Assembly (NCBI GenBank): GCA_000182565.2
Contig: KQ257454.1
Reading direction: 5' to 3' (one strand)
DNA: 64,000 nt
DNA from: Spizellomyces punctatus DAOM BR117
Taxonomy: Eukaryota
The notes under the pieces: generated by a model
The model's input: only the letters and a program-made list of their open reading frames with translations
The model's database searches: none
What the model was told of the DNA's origin: nothing
Shown: in pieces, positions 24,401 to 36,730 of the stretch
Layout of the letters: each line of letters starts with the position of its first letter
How positions within the stretch are numbered: the first letter of the stretch is position 1
Translations under genes and position numbers: made by a program

Positions 24401-25429
24401 ATGTCATCTTCTTCAGCAATACCTGGTGTGAAAGTCAGGGACTTTGCGTTCCCAACTACCGACCCACGTCATTACGGCCTCCCTCTCCCCAAAAATTCCG
24501 CCTCATCCAGTCGAAGCAACAGCAGTGACTGGTTCAATTCCTCTTCAGATGAAGATGAAACCACGTCATATGGATCAGCAGAACGCCTTTTTGAATCCGA
24601 CGACGACGATCATCGGGGACGTGGGCAATACCGAATGCAACCCCGAGCACATCCGAATGATGTTGAGGCACATGATATGAATAATTTGGTATTGCCTGAA
24701 TTTGCGAAACAATTGCGGGAGCACTTGGGTGGAGTTGAGCTAGGGTTTTATCGTGCGCGAGCAATGTTTGATTTCCAAAAAGTAACCGAATGGGAGATGA
24801 CCATAGCGGAGGGCGACGAAATCTTTATTGCTTTTATTGGGTGGCTGGATGGAGACGATGTTGGTAGTGATACCAAGCCTATGGAGATGGATGAGGAAGC
24901 GGAAAACAAGACAGGAGATCCCGAAAAGGAGGAAAAAGCGGGAGAAAAAGAAGTTGGTGGGGAGATAGAGAGGGAGGACACTTCCGGTGATCCACAATCG
25001 ATGGAAAGCGAAGAAGTTGACGACTCAGCAACTCCAACCGCTTCGCGGGACTCAGGTTTAAACGAGCGATGGGCGAGCATCGACTATGTAGCCGATGATC
25101 TACTCACCATTGTTCACGGCGGATCCAAGACAACAGGTGACCTGAATGACAGACCTGCCATCACCGTCCACAGCAACCCAGCACCATCAGACTTGGCGGC
25201 ACAATTGAATCAGTTGTTAGATTATGCAGGTGTGTATGGTGCTGGATGGGCAACCGCATTACGACTCAAGTGTCGAGGGAAGTTGGAGGAGATGGTTTCG
25301 CAGGCGAAATCGAAAGGAAAGGATGCGGAGACGGACACGGAGACCAGACCAAAGAAGGGAAAGGTGAAGATCAAACTGGTGGAAATGGGACTGGTACCTG
25401 GAAATTATATTGAGAAAATAAATCAATAA
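24401..25429 (+). CDS. NBP2: Nbp2-like SH3 adaptor with an interrupted SH3 domain
   Basis: N-terminal VRDFAFPTTDPRHYG motif typical of fungal Nbp2. SH3 pieces RARAMFDF..EMTIAEGD, YGAGW and GLVPGNYI. Confidence 0.7.
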   Translation: MSSSSAIPGVKVRDFAFPTTDPRHYGLPLPKNSASSSRSNSSDWFNSSSDEDETTSYGSAERLFESDDDDHRGRGQYRMQPRAHPNDVEAHDMNNLVLPEFAKQLREHLGGVELGFYRARAMFDFQKVTEWEMTIAEGDEIFIAFIGWLDGDDVGSDTKPMEMDEEAENKTGDPEKEEKAGEKEVGGEIEREDTSGDPQSMESEEVDDSATPTASRDSGLNERWASIDYVADDLLTIVHGGSKTTGDLNDRPAITVHSNPAPSDLAAQLNQLLDYAGVYGAGWATALRLKCRGKLEEMVSQAKSKGKDAETDTETRPKKGKVKIKLVEMGLVPGNYIEKINQ

Positions 25430-25636
25430 AATGCTAAATAGCTGACTGCCGTAGGATGTGCATGTCCCGTGACTAATATCGAAGCTGGTGAAAACTGTAT
25501 TATGTAGAACAGCGCCCGCGACGTCCATCGCCCCATATACGTATGAAATGATATACTATATAAACGTAGATACAGGAAAATTAGAGTCCACGATACCCCA
25601 ATTCTTCTCCCTTCTCGCTTTCCTAGATCCAAACCA

Positions 25637-26606
25637 CTATATCCGCTGCGATTGCTCCAGCTCTACCACAAAATCGATAAGTGGGGTCAGTTCCTTCTTA
25701 TCCAATAGATCAAACTCCCTTGCAAAACAGATAAAGTGCGCAAAAAGGGTATTTAAGTGGCCCTCGGCTGACACATGAAGAATTTTATCGTAGTGCACAT
25801 GGTATATGTGCGCAAAGATTCGGAAAAGTTGCTTAAAGATACCGCGGATGGAGATGAGGAAATTTGGTGGGAATTCGGAGCCTTCAAAGAGAGATGATAT
25901 TATAGGACTTGAAGAAAATGGCATAACCAGAACGGAGATACCAACCTGATTTTGTCGGAAAGACTGTCTCGTCGTTGAGCACGTTTTGAATCCATGTCAT
26001 TACGTAGTCTACGTACTGAGGAGCTGGAATTTTAACCGTTCGGCGTTGACCATCTGTCCAGGTATATTCGGTGCTAATTAAGCATTGTGCCGTCAGTGAC
26101 CCATTTTGCATCTGACCATCGATCGATTCTACCTTGGTCCTGCGTTCATGACTGAGCAATCTCTTGGTGTGCAGAATTCTGCAATTGCACCATAAAACAG
26201 ATTCACGTAGTTGAAGAAATCAAAGGCTAAATGGCGGATTAGATTTGACATAGTTGGAATAATAACTTTGCTGGGGGGAATACTTACTATTGACCGCTAG
26301 CCTATTACAGCAATTTGAGTAAATAATTTAGAATCTCGTCGTGTTCCTTTTTCAATCCCCGTCTGTCTTTCCCTTGCCCCTTCTCACCATTCATTAATGT
26401 CCACATATCGTGGTAACGCCACCACCTTCCGCAAACTGCCGTTGACAAGGGTTGCCTCGACAAATGGCTGACTTAGCCATAGAGGTTTCGCCGTCCCGTC
26501 TTTTTTTGATTTTCCTTTCCCGAATTTGCTGGGAGTTATGTTTTTGAGCCTGCGAAATTTCGTAGGAAGCAGTCCAGCTCAAGCGTTACCTTCCAAAAAA
26601 GTTCAT
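25637..26606 (-). CDS. MOB2: Mob2 kinase activator (RAM network)
   Basis: [77 protein letters not shown]. Confidence 0.92.
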
Positions 26607-26883
26607 GTCCTGGGCTTCGCTTGCAAATATTGAAACCAACGAGTGGCAAAGAAAATCGATAGTATCTATTGGACGAGCAGCGGAGTCGTCTGAGCTATTG
26701 GAATCAATTGGCGCCCGATATATAAACAAGATGGCGACGGCAGGCACATCAAGTGGTACCCGCCGGGTCCGGCATCTGGGTTGTCTCGTGACTTTATGCA
26801 TTACCTAAGCGGCAACTCCGCTGGACGTTAGAACATCTCCTCTTTGCAAAAGACTACCTCATTTTGAAGCTTTTTCAGACGCC

Positions 26884-27678
26884 ATGTCAGACGCAGGAAG
26901 CGAGGCAGAATATCAGGAGGAAGGGCCTAGCATTGGGGTATGTTTCCGGATGTTGACATCGTCCGCAAACATGGTGTTTACAGATGTTCAGATCTATGAA
27001 GGAGAGAGGAACGAAAACAAAGAGCGCCACGGCAGAGGGAAGAACATCTTTCCCAATGGGGACATATACGAAGGCACATACTTAAATGGTGCCCGCAACG
27101 GGTTTGGTGTCTACAAGTGGAAGAAAACTAGAGCCCGATATTCTGGTGAATACAAGGACAATCTTCGGGATGGACAGGGAGATTTCGTATATCCTGACGG
27201 ATCTAAATACAGAGGTGAAATACAAGAACTCTCTCATAGTCTCTTCTGGAAGGGCATCAATAACTTTTTCCTAGGTCAATTCAAGGAGGGCAAACGACAT
27301 GGACAAGGAACCTATGTGTATGTGAATGGAGATACATATATTGGCGAATGGGAGAACGATAAGAAACACGGCAAAGGCGCATATACAATCATAGCAAATG
27401 GAAGCAAGGTACGACAGTGTGAAGCAGCTGGATATATGTAAGATTATGAGTTGGCCTGCTGATAATTCCACTCGTAGATGGAGGGTGATTGGAAGGATGG
27501 TTTACTGAAAGGGACTGGCAAAGTGATCCATGCCGATCACATTCTGAAAGCTACATTTATCCAGGGACAGCCGGAGTTACCGGCTAGTATTACTTTTAAA
27601 TCAACTGGATACACTATCCCCGTTACTGATAAAGGGTTATTGGGACAGCGAGCGGTTATGGCGGGTGGGGATGAATAG
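26884..27678 (+). CDS. RSPH1: MORN-repeat radial spoke head protein 1
   Basis: MSDAGSE.. acidic start, [27 protein letters not shown] and successive MORN repeats. Confidence 0.82.
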
Positions 27679-27943
27679 GGCCTTCTTGTAAATGTTTGGA
27701 TTCCAAGATCAGCAATAGTATGATGACATGTTAGGGTCATTAGTACCTCAATCAAGAAAGTCGTCTGGAATAAGCATATTCCGCATGTGTTCTTATTATA
27801 GTATCTAAATTTCACCTGACCGTCGCTGGAAATCTCAGTCATGATTCGTGCGGAGACAACACGCTACATGACAAAACTGCAAGTTCGCTAATTTGTCCGA
27901 GGCGGGTGCATGTTCTTGCAGCCTTTGATAGTCTGGTACAAGA

Positions 27944-30900
27944 ATGGACATTGACGCCGCTCTCAATATCCAACCGCTGAGTCCCCCAGACAGCGACGGT
28001 TCGTCAAAGTCTAAGGCACGCTGGCGACCCCAATCAGGAGGCTTTGGTATCAAAACCGGCGGGACCAGATATGGAGGGTCTTTTGACAATTTGGCATCAC
28101 CACCAGAACCGCGAGAATCTGGTCCGACGATCGCAACCATCCGACGTTGTGCCTCTTTCAAGGATGCAGGCGGCCTTCCGTCCGATGCTGACTTTAGAAG
28201 CAGCGAAGGTCCGATGGACTTTCCAGCACTCATAGCGCATGGATCGGCTGAGCTTCCGCGAAGTGCAACTGGATCTTTGCCGGGGAGTGGAACAGGGCTC
28301 GTTTCACCAAATCAAACGCATCCTCCTGTGGTGCGGTCAAGATCCTCGTACTCCTTCCAAACGATGAGCAACCTGCTTACCATACCAAACCTTCTGTCCA
28401 ATTTACGCAAAAACTCCATTGCACCTCCGCCAGAGCCGCCAAAGCACGATAGTGGTGCCTCTGTTAAACGTGAGGCGAGGTCACGGGCCGGAACCGCTGC
28501 ACCTGGAGACGGACAAGGACAGGCACCTGAAGATGATGGCTTTTTGAAGGAAATTGGGACGCAGGGATTTGCAGGCATTTGGAATCATCCTATTACAAGG
28601 TAAGTGTTTTTGCGAAGGAGACAGAAGGATCCTCTGCTCACGACGCATGTATCTGCCTTCCAGATGCTATTTTTTAATGTTTTTGTTGTGGAGGGAATTT
28701 GAAAATCTTTATGTATGGCAACGAAAACCCTTCCTTTATCCGTATGGTTCTTTTTATCTGACTAGGTTAACTTTAGTACTTTCGAATGGATGCCCAACAA
28801 TTCCGATTTGATTACCCAACTCTGTACAGCTCCGCTCGCAAGAGTCAAGCATATCGTCTTTATAACACATACCTCGTCAAAACGGCCCCAATGTTTATTC
28901 TCCGCCGCGTTCCACCCGAATACCAAAATGTCCGCAAGGTTATAGCAGCCATCAAGGCCAATATCGATAATCACGATGCGACGCTTTTTGACGACCTGGC
29001 CTTCATGGTCTTGAATTGGTTGGAGGAGATTTACAACGGCACCTTTGACGCCAGTATAGATACAGCTGCAGATGGCAAAAAGGCGGATACGATCCGCTCA
29101 GCGGATTCATTTGCTCCAAGTTTCCGAGCAAGTGCTTTTTATCAGGCGATGAGAAATGATTTACGAGGAACCAGGCATTTGACTACCATTCAATATAATC
29201 GCGCAGCGGAGAGAATTACGGACATGCCATCCGCCGTCTACGATGGAAATGAAGCATGGGAAAAGCTGATGACGTCCTTAGAAGCCATGGGTGTTGACTG
29301 TGAGGTTTTTCGAGTCCGTGGATCAGGTGTTATTGTTCGAAAGTCGTCGCAAAAGGTGGTTGCAGACATGTCCTTTGAACGGTTACCTTTGGTTACTCAT
29401 CTGTTGCGTAAACAGGGGTCAACCTCTGCGTCGAGGACGAGGAGCATGTCATCTCTTGATAGCCGAAAGTCTGCCAATGCTCCTGATACCACAGATGATG
29501 GAAGCGCGAGTCCAAGCAAGGACTGGAAAAGGAACTCCAATGTATGCAGTGTCGCTTTTCTGAAAGATGAGCCCAACTAACCTCGTCTATTACTTTCAGA
29601 ACCAGTTGAACGTAGCATATGGTTCAGGGGAACTCCCACACACATTCGTGCAGTATACAAATGGTGATCAACAATTTTGTGAACATTGTTGCCGTAAGGT
29701 CGCCTATGACAAGGGGAGCGAAGATGCAAGTTCGGCATACCGCTGCGAATCCTGTCGATACATGTGCCACAAAAATTGTCGAAACGCTATCCGGGTTTCC
29801 TGTGTCAAGCCATCGAACACTCTCGAGGTAGAAGATCAAACCGAAGTTTTGTCGGAGAAGATGAAACGGGTAACCGAGAAAATGCAAGCAGTGCAGCGTG
29901 AAGTGGATATTGAAATGAAGATTCGGGACGGACTGGATAATTTACTCCGTGCCAAAGGGAGCTTGGGAGCCAAACCGAGTAGTAGCAAAAAACCGGTACC
30001 AGTGGAAATGGACTCGCAGATGGAACGCTCAAATAAGAAGCTTGATGTGCTCAAGCATGAATTGACCAGATGTCGACTGCAACTGGCGGCTCTGTCTGCA
30101 GCTGCTGCCGCTGCCGCAAACAATCCTTCACTAGTAGAGACGAAAGCCGAAGAAGGTGTACGCCCGCTAGAGCACAAGAGGACGTCAAGTTCGGCAAGTA
30201 CGGTTTTAGCGGACCTCAGTACGGAGGGTGAGGTGGTCAAAGTTGTTACAATGGACTCTGCCATGAAGGCCGAATCTACAAAAACATTCTATATTACCAG
30301 CGAGACGACCGTCAAGCAACTCATCAGAATGGCTCTCGAAAAATTCTTGATGCCAGGTAACGACGAAGATTATATTCTGTCATATACCAGCAGAGATGGA
30401 GATGATGTGCCCCTTCGCCATGAAGATTGTCCTTCTAAGCTCGGATTGAATCTCCTGGAAACGCCATTCCGACTCAAGGTCAATATTGATACAGCTACTC
30501 TATACGAGCATCCCAAGCGTGGAACATCCGCAATGAGACAACCAACGATATCAAAAGAGGATGAAACACGACAACGCAAGCAGAGGGATGTATTGATGGA
30601 AATCATCGAGACGGAAATTAATTATACAGATGATCTGAGGAACATTGTGGGGATTTTCTTTAGACCACTATCAGTGGCCGGTGTTCTGACCTTGGAATCC
30701 GAGAACGATGTCTTCTCAAACGTCAAAACAATTCTCGATATTCACGATGAGCTGTCTGCTACTCTCATTGACAAGCGGGACGAGATGCTTCATAATCACG
30801 TCAGTTTCACGAGCGCTCTACTTCCCAACATTACTTCCTTGTTCGCCAAGCGCTTAGATGCCTTCACGGCGTACGAGACATATTGCAGCAACCAACACAA

Positions 30901-32685
30901 TGCTCGACGGAAGCTGGCTCGACTAAAACAAGATCCTCTATTCACAAAAATGCTGACCCAGTGCGAAGCTAATCCCAAGCTGAACAAGTTAAACTTAGCA
31001 GATCTGTTGGTGAAGCCTATGCATCGCATAACCCGGTATCCCATCCTGTTCAAGCGGCTGTTATCAAATACTGTGAAAGGGTCGTCGGAATACGAGACTG
31101 TCAATGATTTTATCAACGGTATTGAAAAAAAAGTAGCAGATATTAATGAGGGTGTTAGACGTCATGAGGCTGCATATAGGATTAACTTGATTGACGAGAA
31201 CTTGGACTTCAACAACGTAGTTGAGGTAAGGGGTGTACTCTGGCGATTTGGTTCTAAATTGTTTTTTTGACCCCCTTTATTTCCATCAGCGATTCAAGCT
31301 TGCGAATGGGCGCCGGGAACTGATCTCGGAAAAGTCGTTTACCTATCTGAAGAAGAACACCAATGGCACCGTGGAGGTGGTCGTACTGTTCTTCACCGAT
31401 CTCGTCCTCATTGTGCGCCCGAAAAAGGCGGATACTTTCATTTTGTTCAAACCACCGATTCCATTGGAAGCAGCCGTCTTCCTCGATAAGCCCGATGCGC
31501 ATGGTGAGTAGCAGAGAATTTCCTATACTTATCCAAGGAAGGAAGCTAAATGAAAATTAATTAGGCATGAAAAACATATTTCAAATTATCCACCTGCAGC
31601 AAGAAATTCACTCTCTTCAGACCATCAGTGCTTACGATAAAAATGCATGGCTTCAAGAAGCTGAAGCCATCCGGTCACGGTTCTGTTCTATTCATTATGA
31701 CTTTGAGCACAACATACTGCGAGATGCCGCCGATAGGTATCAGGAGGTGGAGATCCCCAGCGAGGGCCCTATGAGTGCGGATAACGTACCCAGTAGCGTG
31801 CTATCTAATAGTCTCAAAACGTCTCCAACAGCTGCGAGACGGCGGAACACATCTGTACCTGCCACGTCCAAGGAACCGAAGCGAGAGAGACAATCACAGG
31901 ACGGGGGTGACATGAGACGAAAAGAGAATATATCGCGGTTTCAGATGAGCGATGGGGACATAAAGCGAACGCCTTCATGGGCCCATATGCTGAAGGGGAA
32001 GAGTACTGACTCGCTCCGACGATCGGCCATGAATGCTGAACAAACGGAGCTGGTTACTGATGATGCAGTAACTCTTCCAACGAAAGCGCTATCGGATGAC
32101 GCCTTTGGTGGCATAGACAGCAGCGAATGGACAGACGACACCATGTCAACAGTAGGAACGTCGTCCAAGACCAGCAGCTTCTTTCGCCGTGGTTCCAACT
32201 CCTCCAGAACATCAAGTAACTCCAAGTCGCTAAATAGCCTACGAGCGAAAAGCGAATTATCCCTTTCCAAGATCTCCCCGGAAAAAGAGAAAAAGGAGGA
32301 AAGAGCGGTAGGGAAATCGGACGACAATTTGTCGAAATCCTCTAATAAGAAGAAAAAAAAGAAGCGAAAGGGGTCGCTCACTGTCACAAAACCGGATACG
32401 GTCGATGTCACCTCGCAAAGCACTCCACCGGTGCCCCCGGAAGCCGTTAGTTCTCCCTTGGATGTGAGCACAATAACTAACGTAGAAGCAAGTCGCGCAG
32501 CGACATATCCAACCCAGGCCACTTCAGTCAGCTCTCCAGTCACTCCGACTACTCCCATTAATAAGATGAACAAGAGGTCATCATGGAACCAAGGTGGAAG
32601 ACCGTGGTGGACCTGGTCCAAGCAGAGTAGCAAAAACATGGCCCCCGAAGCTGGCGAAGCGCAAAACGATCAGGGTGTATCGTAA
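27944..32685 (+). CDS. Multidomain Rho guanine nucleotide exchange factor (RGS-like, C1, HR1, RA, DH, PH)
   Basis: DH: RDVLMEIIETEINYTDDL...LLVKPMHRITRYPILFKRLL, followed by PH. C1: HTF..FCEHC..CESCRYMCHKNC..C. HR1: REVDIEMKIRDGLDNL. RGS-like: AYRLYNTYL..AP..F..SAFY. Confidence 0.88.
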
Positions 32686-33103
32686 GAATTTAGTGAATGG
32701 GATTAACTTAGGTTAGCGCAAATTACATCTGTATGTGTATAAACTATTCATAAAACATTGACAAAATAAACAAACGTAATTTTGGATTGGTCGGGCAAGG
32801 ACAAGGAGTGGATGCTCCTCGACACCTGATATACCTAGTAGATGCTCTTCCAAGTATGTAGGACCTAAATTCCTACTTTGCTTGCTTCTGCAGTAAAAGG
32901 TTCAAATACACAATACAAAATAATATCAAAGATGTCGACAAGATCCATTGTAAACAAAACGGCCTTCTGGATCTAATGCGGATCCAATCGTGGTGACGTT
33001 GACACACATCTGACTCATGGCGTTGAGGTTCTGAATTCCGAGATTTTTTGGGACAGTCATCACATTCCCCCACAGACGAGCCCCTAGAACGGAGTGGAAA
33101 ACC

Positions 33104-33879
33104 ATGGACACACTGCCAGACGCATCTGAAGCTGACATCTCTCTATCTCCTCAGGAGCTCGAGGTAAGTGTGCATGTACGTCCAAAGCAGCAACCAAACG
33201 GATTCTTACCCGAATCAGATTCTTCGTGACCAATACTTGACTGAAGGCGAAAAACCTCGGCCTCAAACCAAATTCAATTACGCTTGGGCACTTGGTGCGT
33301 ACAGTGCTATCTAGCGATACGACTAACGTTGGCTGACCTCTTTTCTCTCCAGTACGAAGTCGTGTGCGGACCGACCAGCAAGAGGGTATCAAGTTATTGC
33401 ACGGTACGTTTTGGTACATGTATACTGCTCAGATACATGTTGCTAAATGGAAATCTCTCTAGAAATTTACCGCGACCTTCCAAGTCGACGCCGGGAATGC
33501 TTATACTACCTTGCATTGGGGGAATACAAACTAGGCAACTATCGGGTATGCAGCTGAAGGTAGAATGCATCTCTGCTCACCCTTAATACTAAATCCTGTA
33601 ACTCACTGGACAGAATGCTCGAAAATACAATGAAACACTCTTACAGCTTGAGTCGCGCAATAACAAAGCATTGTCCTTGCGAAAATTAATCGATGACAAA
33701 GTCAAATCTGGTGAGCGTCCTTGTCCGTAGATCGGATTGACCAAAACAAGAAGTGTACTGATTGGTTCATGTCAATTTCAGAGGGTCTCGTTGGTATGGC
33801 GATCGTGGGGGCAGCGGTTGCGGCTGTCGGTTTGATCACGGCCACATTGTTCAAGCGCCCGTCCAGCGATCACCGATAG
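33104..33879 (+). CDS. FIS1: Mitochondrial fission protein Fis1, 6 exons
   Basis: [13 protein letters not shown]...[27 protein letters not shown]...[10 protein letters not shown] transmembrane tail. Confidence 0.93.
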
Positions 33880-34122
33880 CTAATCAGTACGAAACAAGTG
33901 ATTTGTGTGGGACCTTCTATTGTAATCGGAGCTGGAAGTTGCATGAACTATGATCTACATCCTACGTGCATCCATTGACGTTACTTCTAACATTGATCAA
34001 ATGGGGCAACACATGACGGTTGCGCCTGCTACGCACAAACCATAACATTTGACAAAGCCATGTTATTACTATAATATAGTTAAAAAATAATGATAAGAAC
34101 AAATGCTGCCGACTACTACTCA

Positions 34123-36381
34123 TCAAGTCCAAATATCCTTCAAATATCTCCCTTTCTTGCCCAAGTCAGCCAACAAAGTCAATGCTTCGACTCCATCCTT
34201 TGCCCCTCCATTCTGAACAATTATATCAGCTAGCGCCTGGTTGACCTCCTTGGCCATCGCGACACTTCCGCAAACGTAGACGTAGGCTCCACACTCATGT
34301 ACAAGATCCCACACTTCCGTGCCCAACGCACGTATCCCATCTTGAACGTATTTGTACCGTATTTGGTCGGGCGTGACGTCCTCCCGTGAAGTGCATACCA
34401 ACAGTCGCGATAGGGATCCTCCTTTGACATAGGTATCAAGATCGGACTCGTAAAGGGCATCGCCGTCAGCAGATGCAAACCGGCGACCATGAAATAGCCA
34501 CATTGCGCCAAATGACGATGTCCCAGATGAACGCAGGTGGTGGCGATGTGCAAGGAAAGACATAAACGGAGTGATGCCTGTTCCGGCGGCTATCATTATG
34601 ACGGGTGCGGAAGGGTCTTCGGGTAACCGGAACGGCGCGGTGATTTCAGAGATTGGTTTGGGGAAAATGGGAATATATAATTCCTGGTCGCTCAGCTGGT
34701 CACGCACGTTCTGTGCAGACTTCTTTCCGGTCAGTACGTCCAACCACGTTGAGCAAAGACCTGAGATGGGTTTATTGTATGGTGCGGGGGTGCGATATTC
34801 AACAGTGTTGAAAGCGAATGTGACGGAATCTTCCTTAACTAGCCGTGACGTCGCAACGGAATAGTATCGGGGTTGTAGGTGGGGAAGCGTTTCAAGCAGG
34901 CGCGCAAGAGGTGGCTGACAGTTTGGAAAGGTGTGCAGGATATCCAAGAGGGTGGACTGCTGTGGACGTAAGTCTCGGTAAGCACCTGCACCCTGAGCAC
35001 TGGCAAGGAAGTAGAGAGTCTTCTTCTCTGTCGGGTCAGATGTATGTTCCGCAAGCACCCGCAGGAAGGATTTCTTGGGAAGAGAATGGAGATCCAAATA
35101 GTATTTAAATGCCTCGTACACCGTTACGGGCGTCTTGGTCTCAAACGGCAGGCCTTGAAGGGCAGCCGCTCCTTTTGCTGTTACCCGCAGCAATCGTGTA
35201 GGCTCCAAACTGAGCCTTTTCAGAAGCGGTAAAACCAACCCATCTGGATTTGGACATACAATGCCAAATGCGTCTCCAGGAGCGTACTCCCAACCCAGTC
35301 CAGTAATGTTGAGCTCAATCTCAAGGACACGCTTCAGTGCCTTTGGGCCAGTCAGACAGCGAACGCCAGCGATCTTCGCCTTGAAGGGATTGGCAGCGGT
35401 GTAATCAAAAGGAGACCCAATAATCTGGGTGTCACGTATGAGACAAGGCAATATGACACTTTTTTCAATTGGTCGTCCCTGGTCCTCTAGCTCTACATCC
35501 AGATACTCGGTTGGGATCTTCGCTACGTTCGTGAGTTGGGTTGCAGATTCAAGCGCTGCTTTGGACACGACAATAGGAACGGGAGTACACGATGTGGCGT
35601 CGAGACGCTCGTGCTCCTCAGCATTCAACGGGGCTAGAAAAGCATTTGCAACTGAAGATTTATCTCCAGAGTCGCCGCCATTAGCAGTCTTGGAGACCTC
35701 GTTCACGGATGAAACAGGCGCAGAAGCTTTCCCATCGCTCGACTTTGGAACGATGTCGTTAGTGTTGGCGGATTCCCCGTTATCTTTCTTCCCATCAGCG
35801 ACAGCCTCCCCAACAGACTTTTTCTCGGCGCCAAGCTTGAGAGAAAATTTCCCATCTTTCTCCGCCCGTTCCTCAAAAGCCTTTGCTTTCTCTTCATCAT
35901 AACAAGCAACCTGCGGCAAGGCTTTCCAAAGCGTTTCTATCCAAGGATCTACGACAGCCTCCAACCCTGTCGCATCGTCCGCAAACCCTCTTGGTGTAAA
36001 TGGTACGGCGCCCACGTCCGTCATTTTTTTCTCCAATCGTTTCGCGGTGTTACAGAAATTACTGTAATTGGTATCACCGAGTCCAAGTATCGCATACTTT
36101 TTGCCTTTCAACCCCTCGAGCTCGGGTGCCTTCGCTCTCCGCAACCACCTCCAGAATTTTGTCGCATTATCAGGTGGATCTCCGTCACCGGTTGTCGAAG
36201 CTACTATTATGATTGCATTGTCGCCCGTGAGGTTGGCTTTTGCGTGGTCGTCGAGTGAATGGCATGTTGAAATGTATCCTCGTGCCAGAGCCTCCTCATG
36301 AATGTGTTTTGCTATCCATTCAGCGTTCCCTGTTTGAGATGCGAACAATACCGCTAGCGATTCTGCCAGATCAGCTGTCAT
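34123..36381 (-). CDS. MTRR: Methionine synthase reductase (diflavin reductase), single exon
   Basis: ASQTGNAE, STTGDGDPPDNA, LGLGDTNYSNFC, ADDATGLEAVVDPWIETLW, PGDAFG, LQPRYYS, AGTGITPF, C-terminal RYLKDIWT. Confidence 0.88.
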   Translation of the reverse strand: MTADLAESLAVLFASQTGNAEWIAKHIHEEALARGYISTCHSLDDHAKANLTGDNAIIIVASTTGDGDPPDNATKFWRWLRRAKAPELEGLKGKKYAILGLGDTNYSNFCNTAKRLEKKMTDVGAVPFTPRGFADDATGLEAVVDPWIETLWKALPQVACYDEEKAKAFEERAEKDGKFSLKLGAEKKSVGEAVADGKKDNGESANTNDIVPKSSDGKASAPVSSVNEVSKTANGGDSGDKSSVANAFLAPLNAEEHERLDATSCTPVPIVVSKAALESATQLTNVAKIPTEYLDVELEDQGRPIEKSVILPCLIRDTQIIGSPFDYTAANPFKAKIAGVRCLTGPKALKRVLEIELNITGLGWEYAPGDAFGIVCPNPDGLVLPLLKRLSLEPTRLLRVTAKGAAALQGLPFETKTPVTVYEAFKYYLDLHSLPKKSFLRVLAEHTSDPTEKKTLYFLASAQGAGAYRDLRPQQSTLLDILHTFPNCQPPLARLLETLPHLQPRYYSVATSRLVKEDSVTFAFNTVEYRTPAPYNKPISGLCSTWLDVLTGKKSAQNVRDQLSDQELYIPIFPKPISEITAPFRLPEDPSAPVIMIAAGTGITPFMSFLAHRHHLRSSGTSSFGAMWLFHGRRFASADGDALYESDLDTYVKGGSLSRLLVCTSREDVTPDQIRYKYVQDGIRALGTEVWDLVHECGAYVYVCGSVAMAKEVNQALADIIVQNGGAKDGVEALTLLADLGKKGRYLKDIWT

Positions 36382-36730
36382 GGCAAATAATCTCAATGCA
36401 GAGTTCCACCCAGCGCGGAAGTATGTAAAAAACGGTCCCAAAAACGCTGCCCAAAACCTGGGGAAAAGTCGAGCAGCTCGCAGTTGATCACGTGAAAGCT
36501 ACAAACCATTGACTCGAATCGGCGAAGATTGGTTTGGAAAGTTATCTAACCAGGTCTAATGTACGCTACTGCTGCAACGTTCCTACTTAACAGCTGCAGT
36601 CTACCACTTGCCTTTAACAATGATAGAACAATTTGGACGATGAATATTGGCTATGAAAATGAATTTGTCTACATTGATTCTATATAATTTATAAACAAGA
36701 GAATTTGAACATAAATCATCTGCCATAAAA

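Noticed and set aside
31941-32639. 232-aa antisense ORF, and similar antisense ORFs at 15366-15896 and 35429-35902
   Set aside because: Shadow ORFs opposite real coding exons, without motifs of their own.
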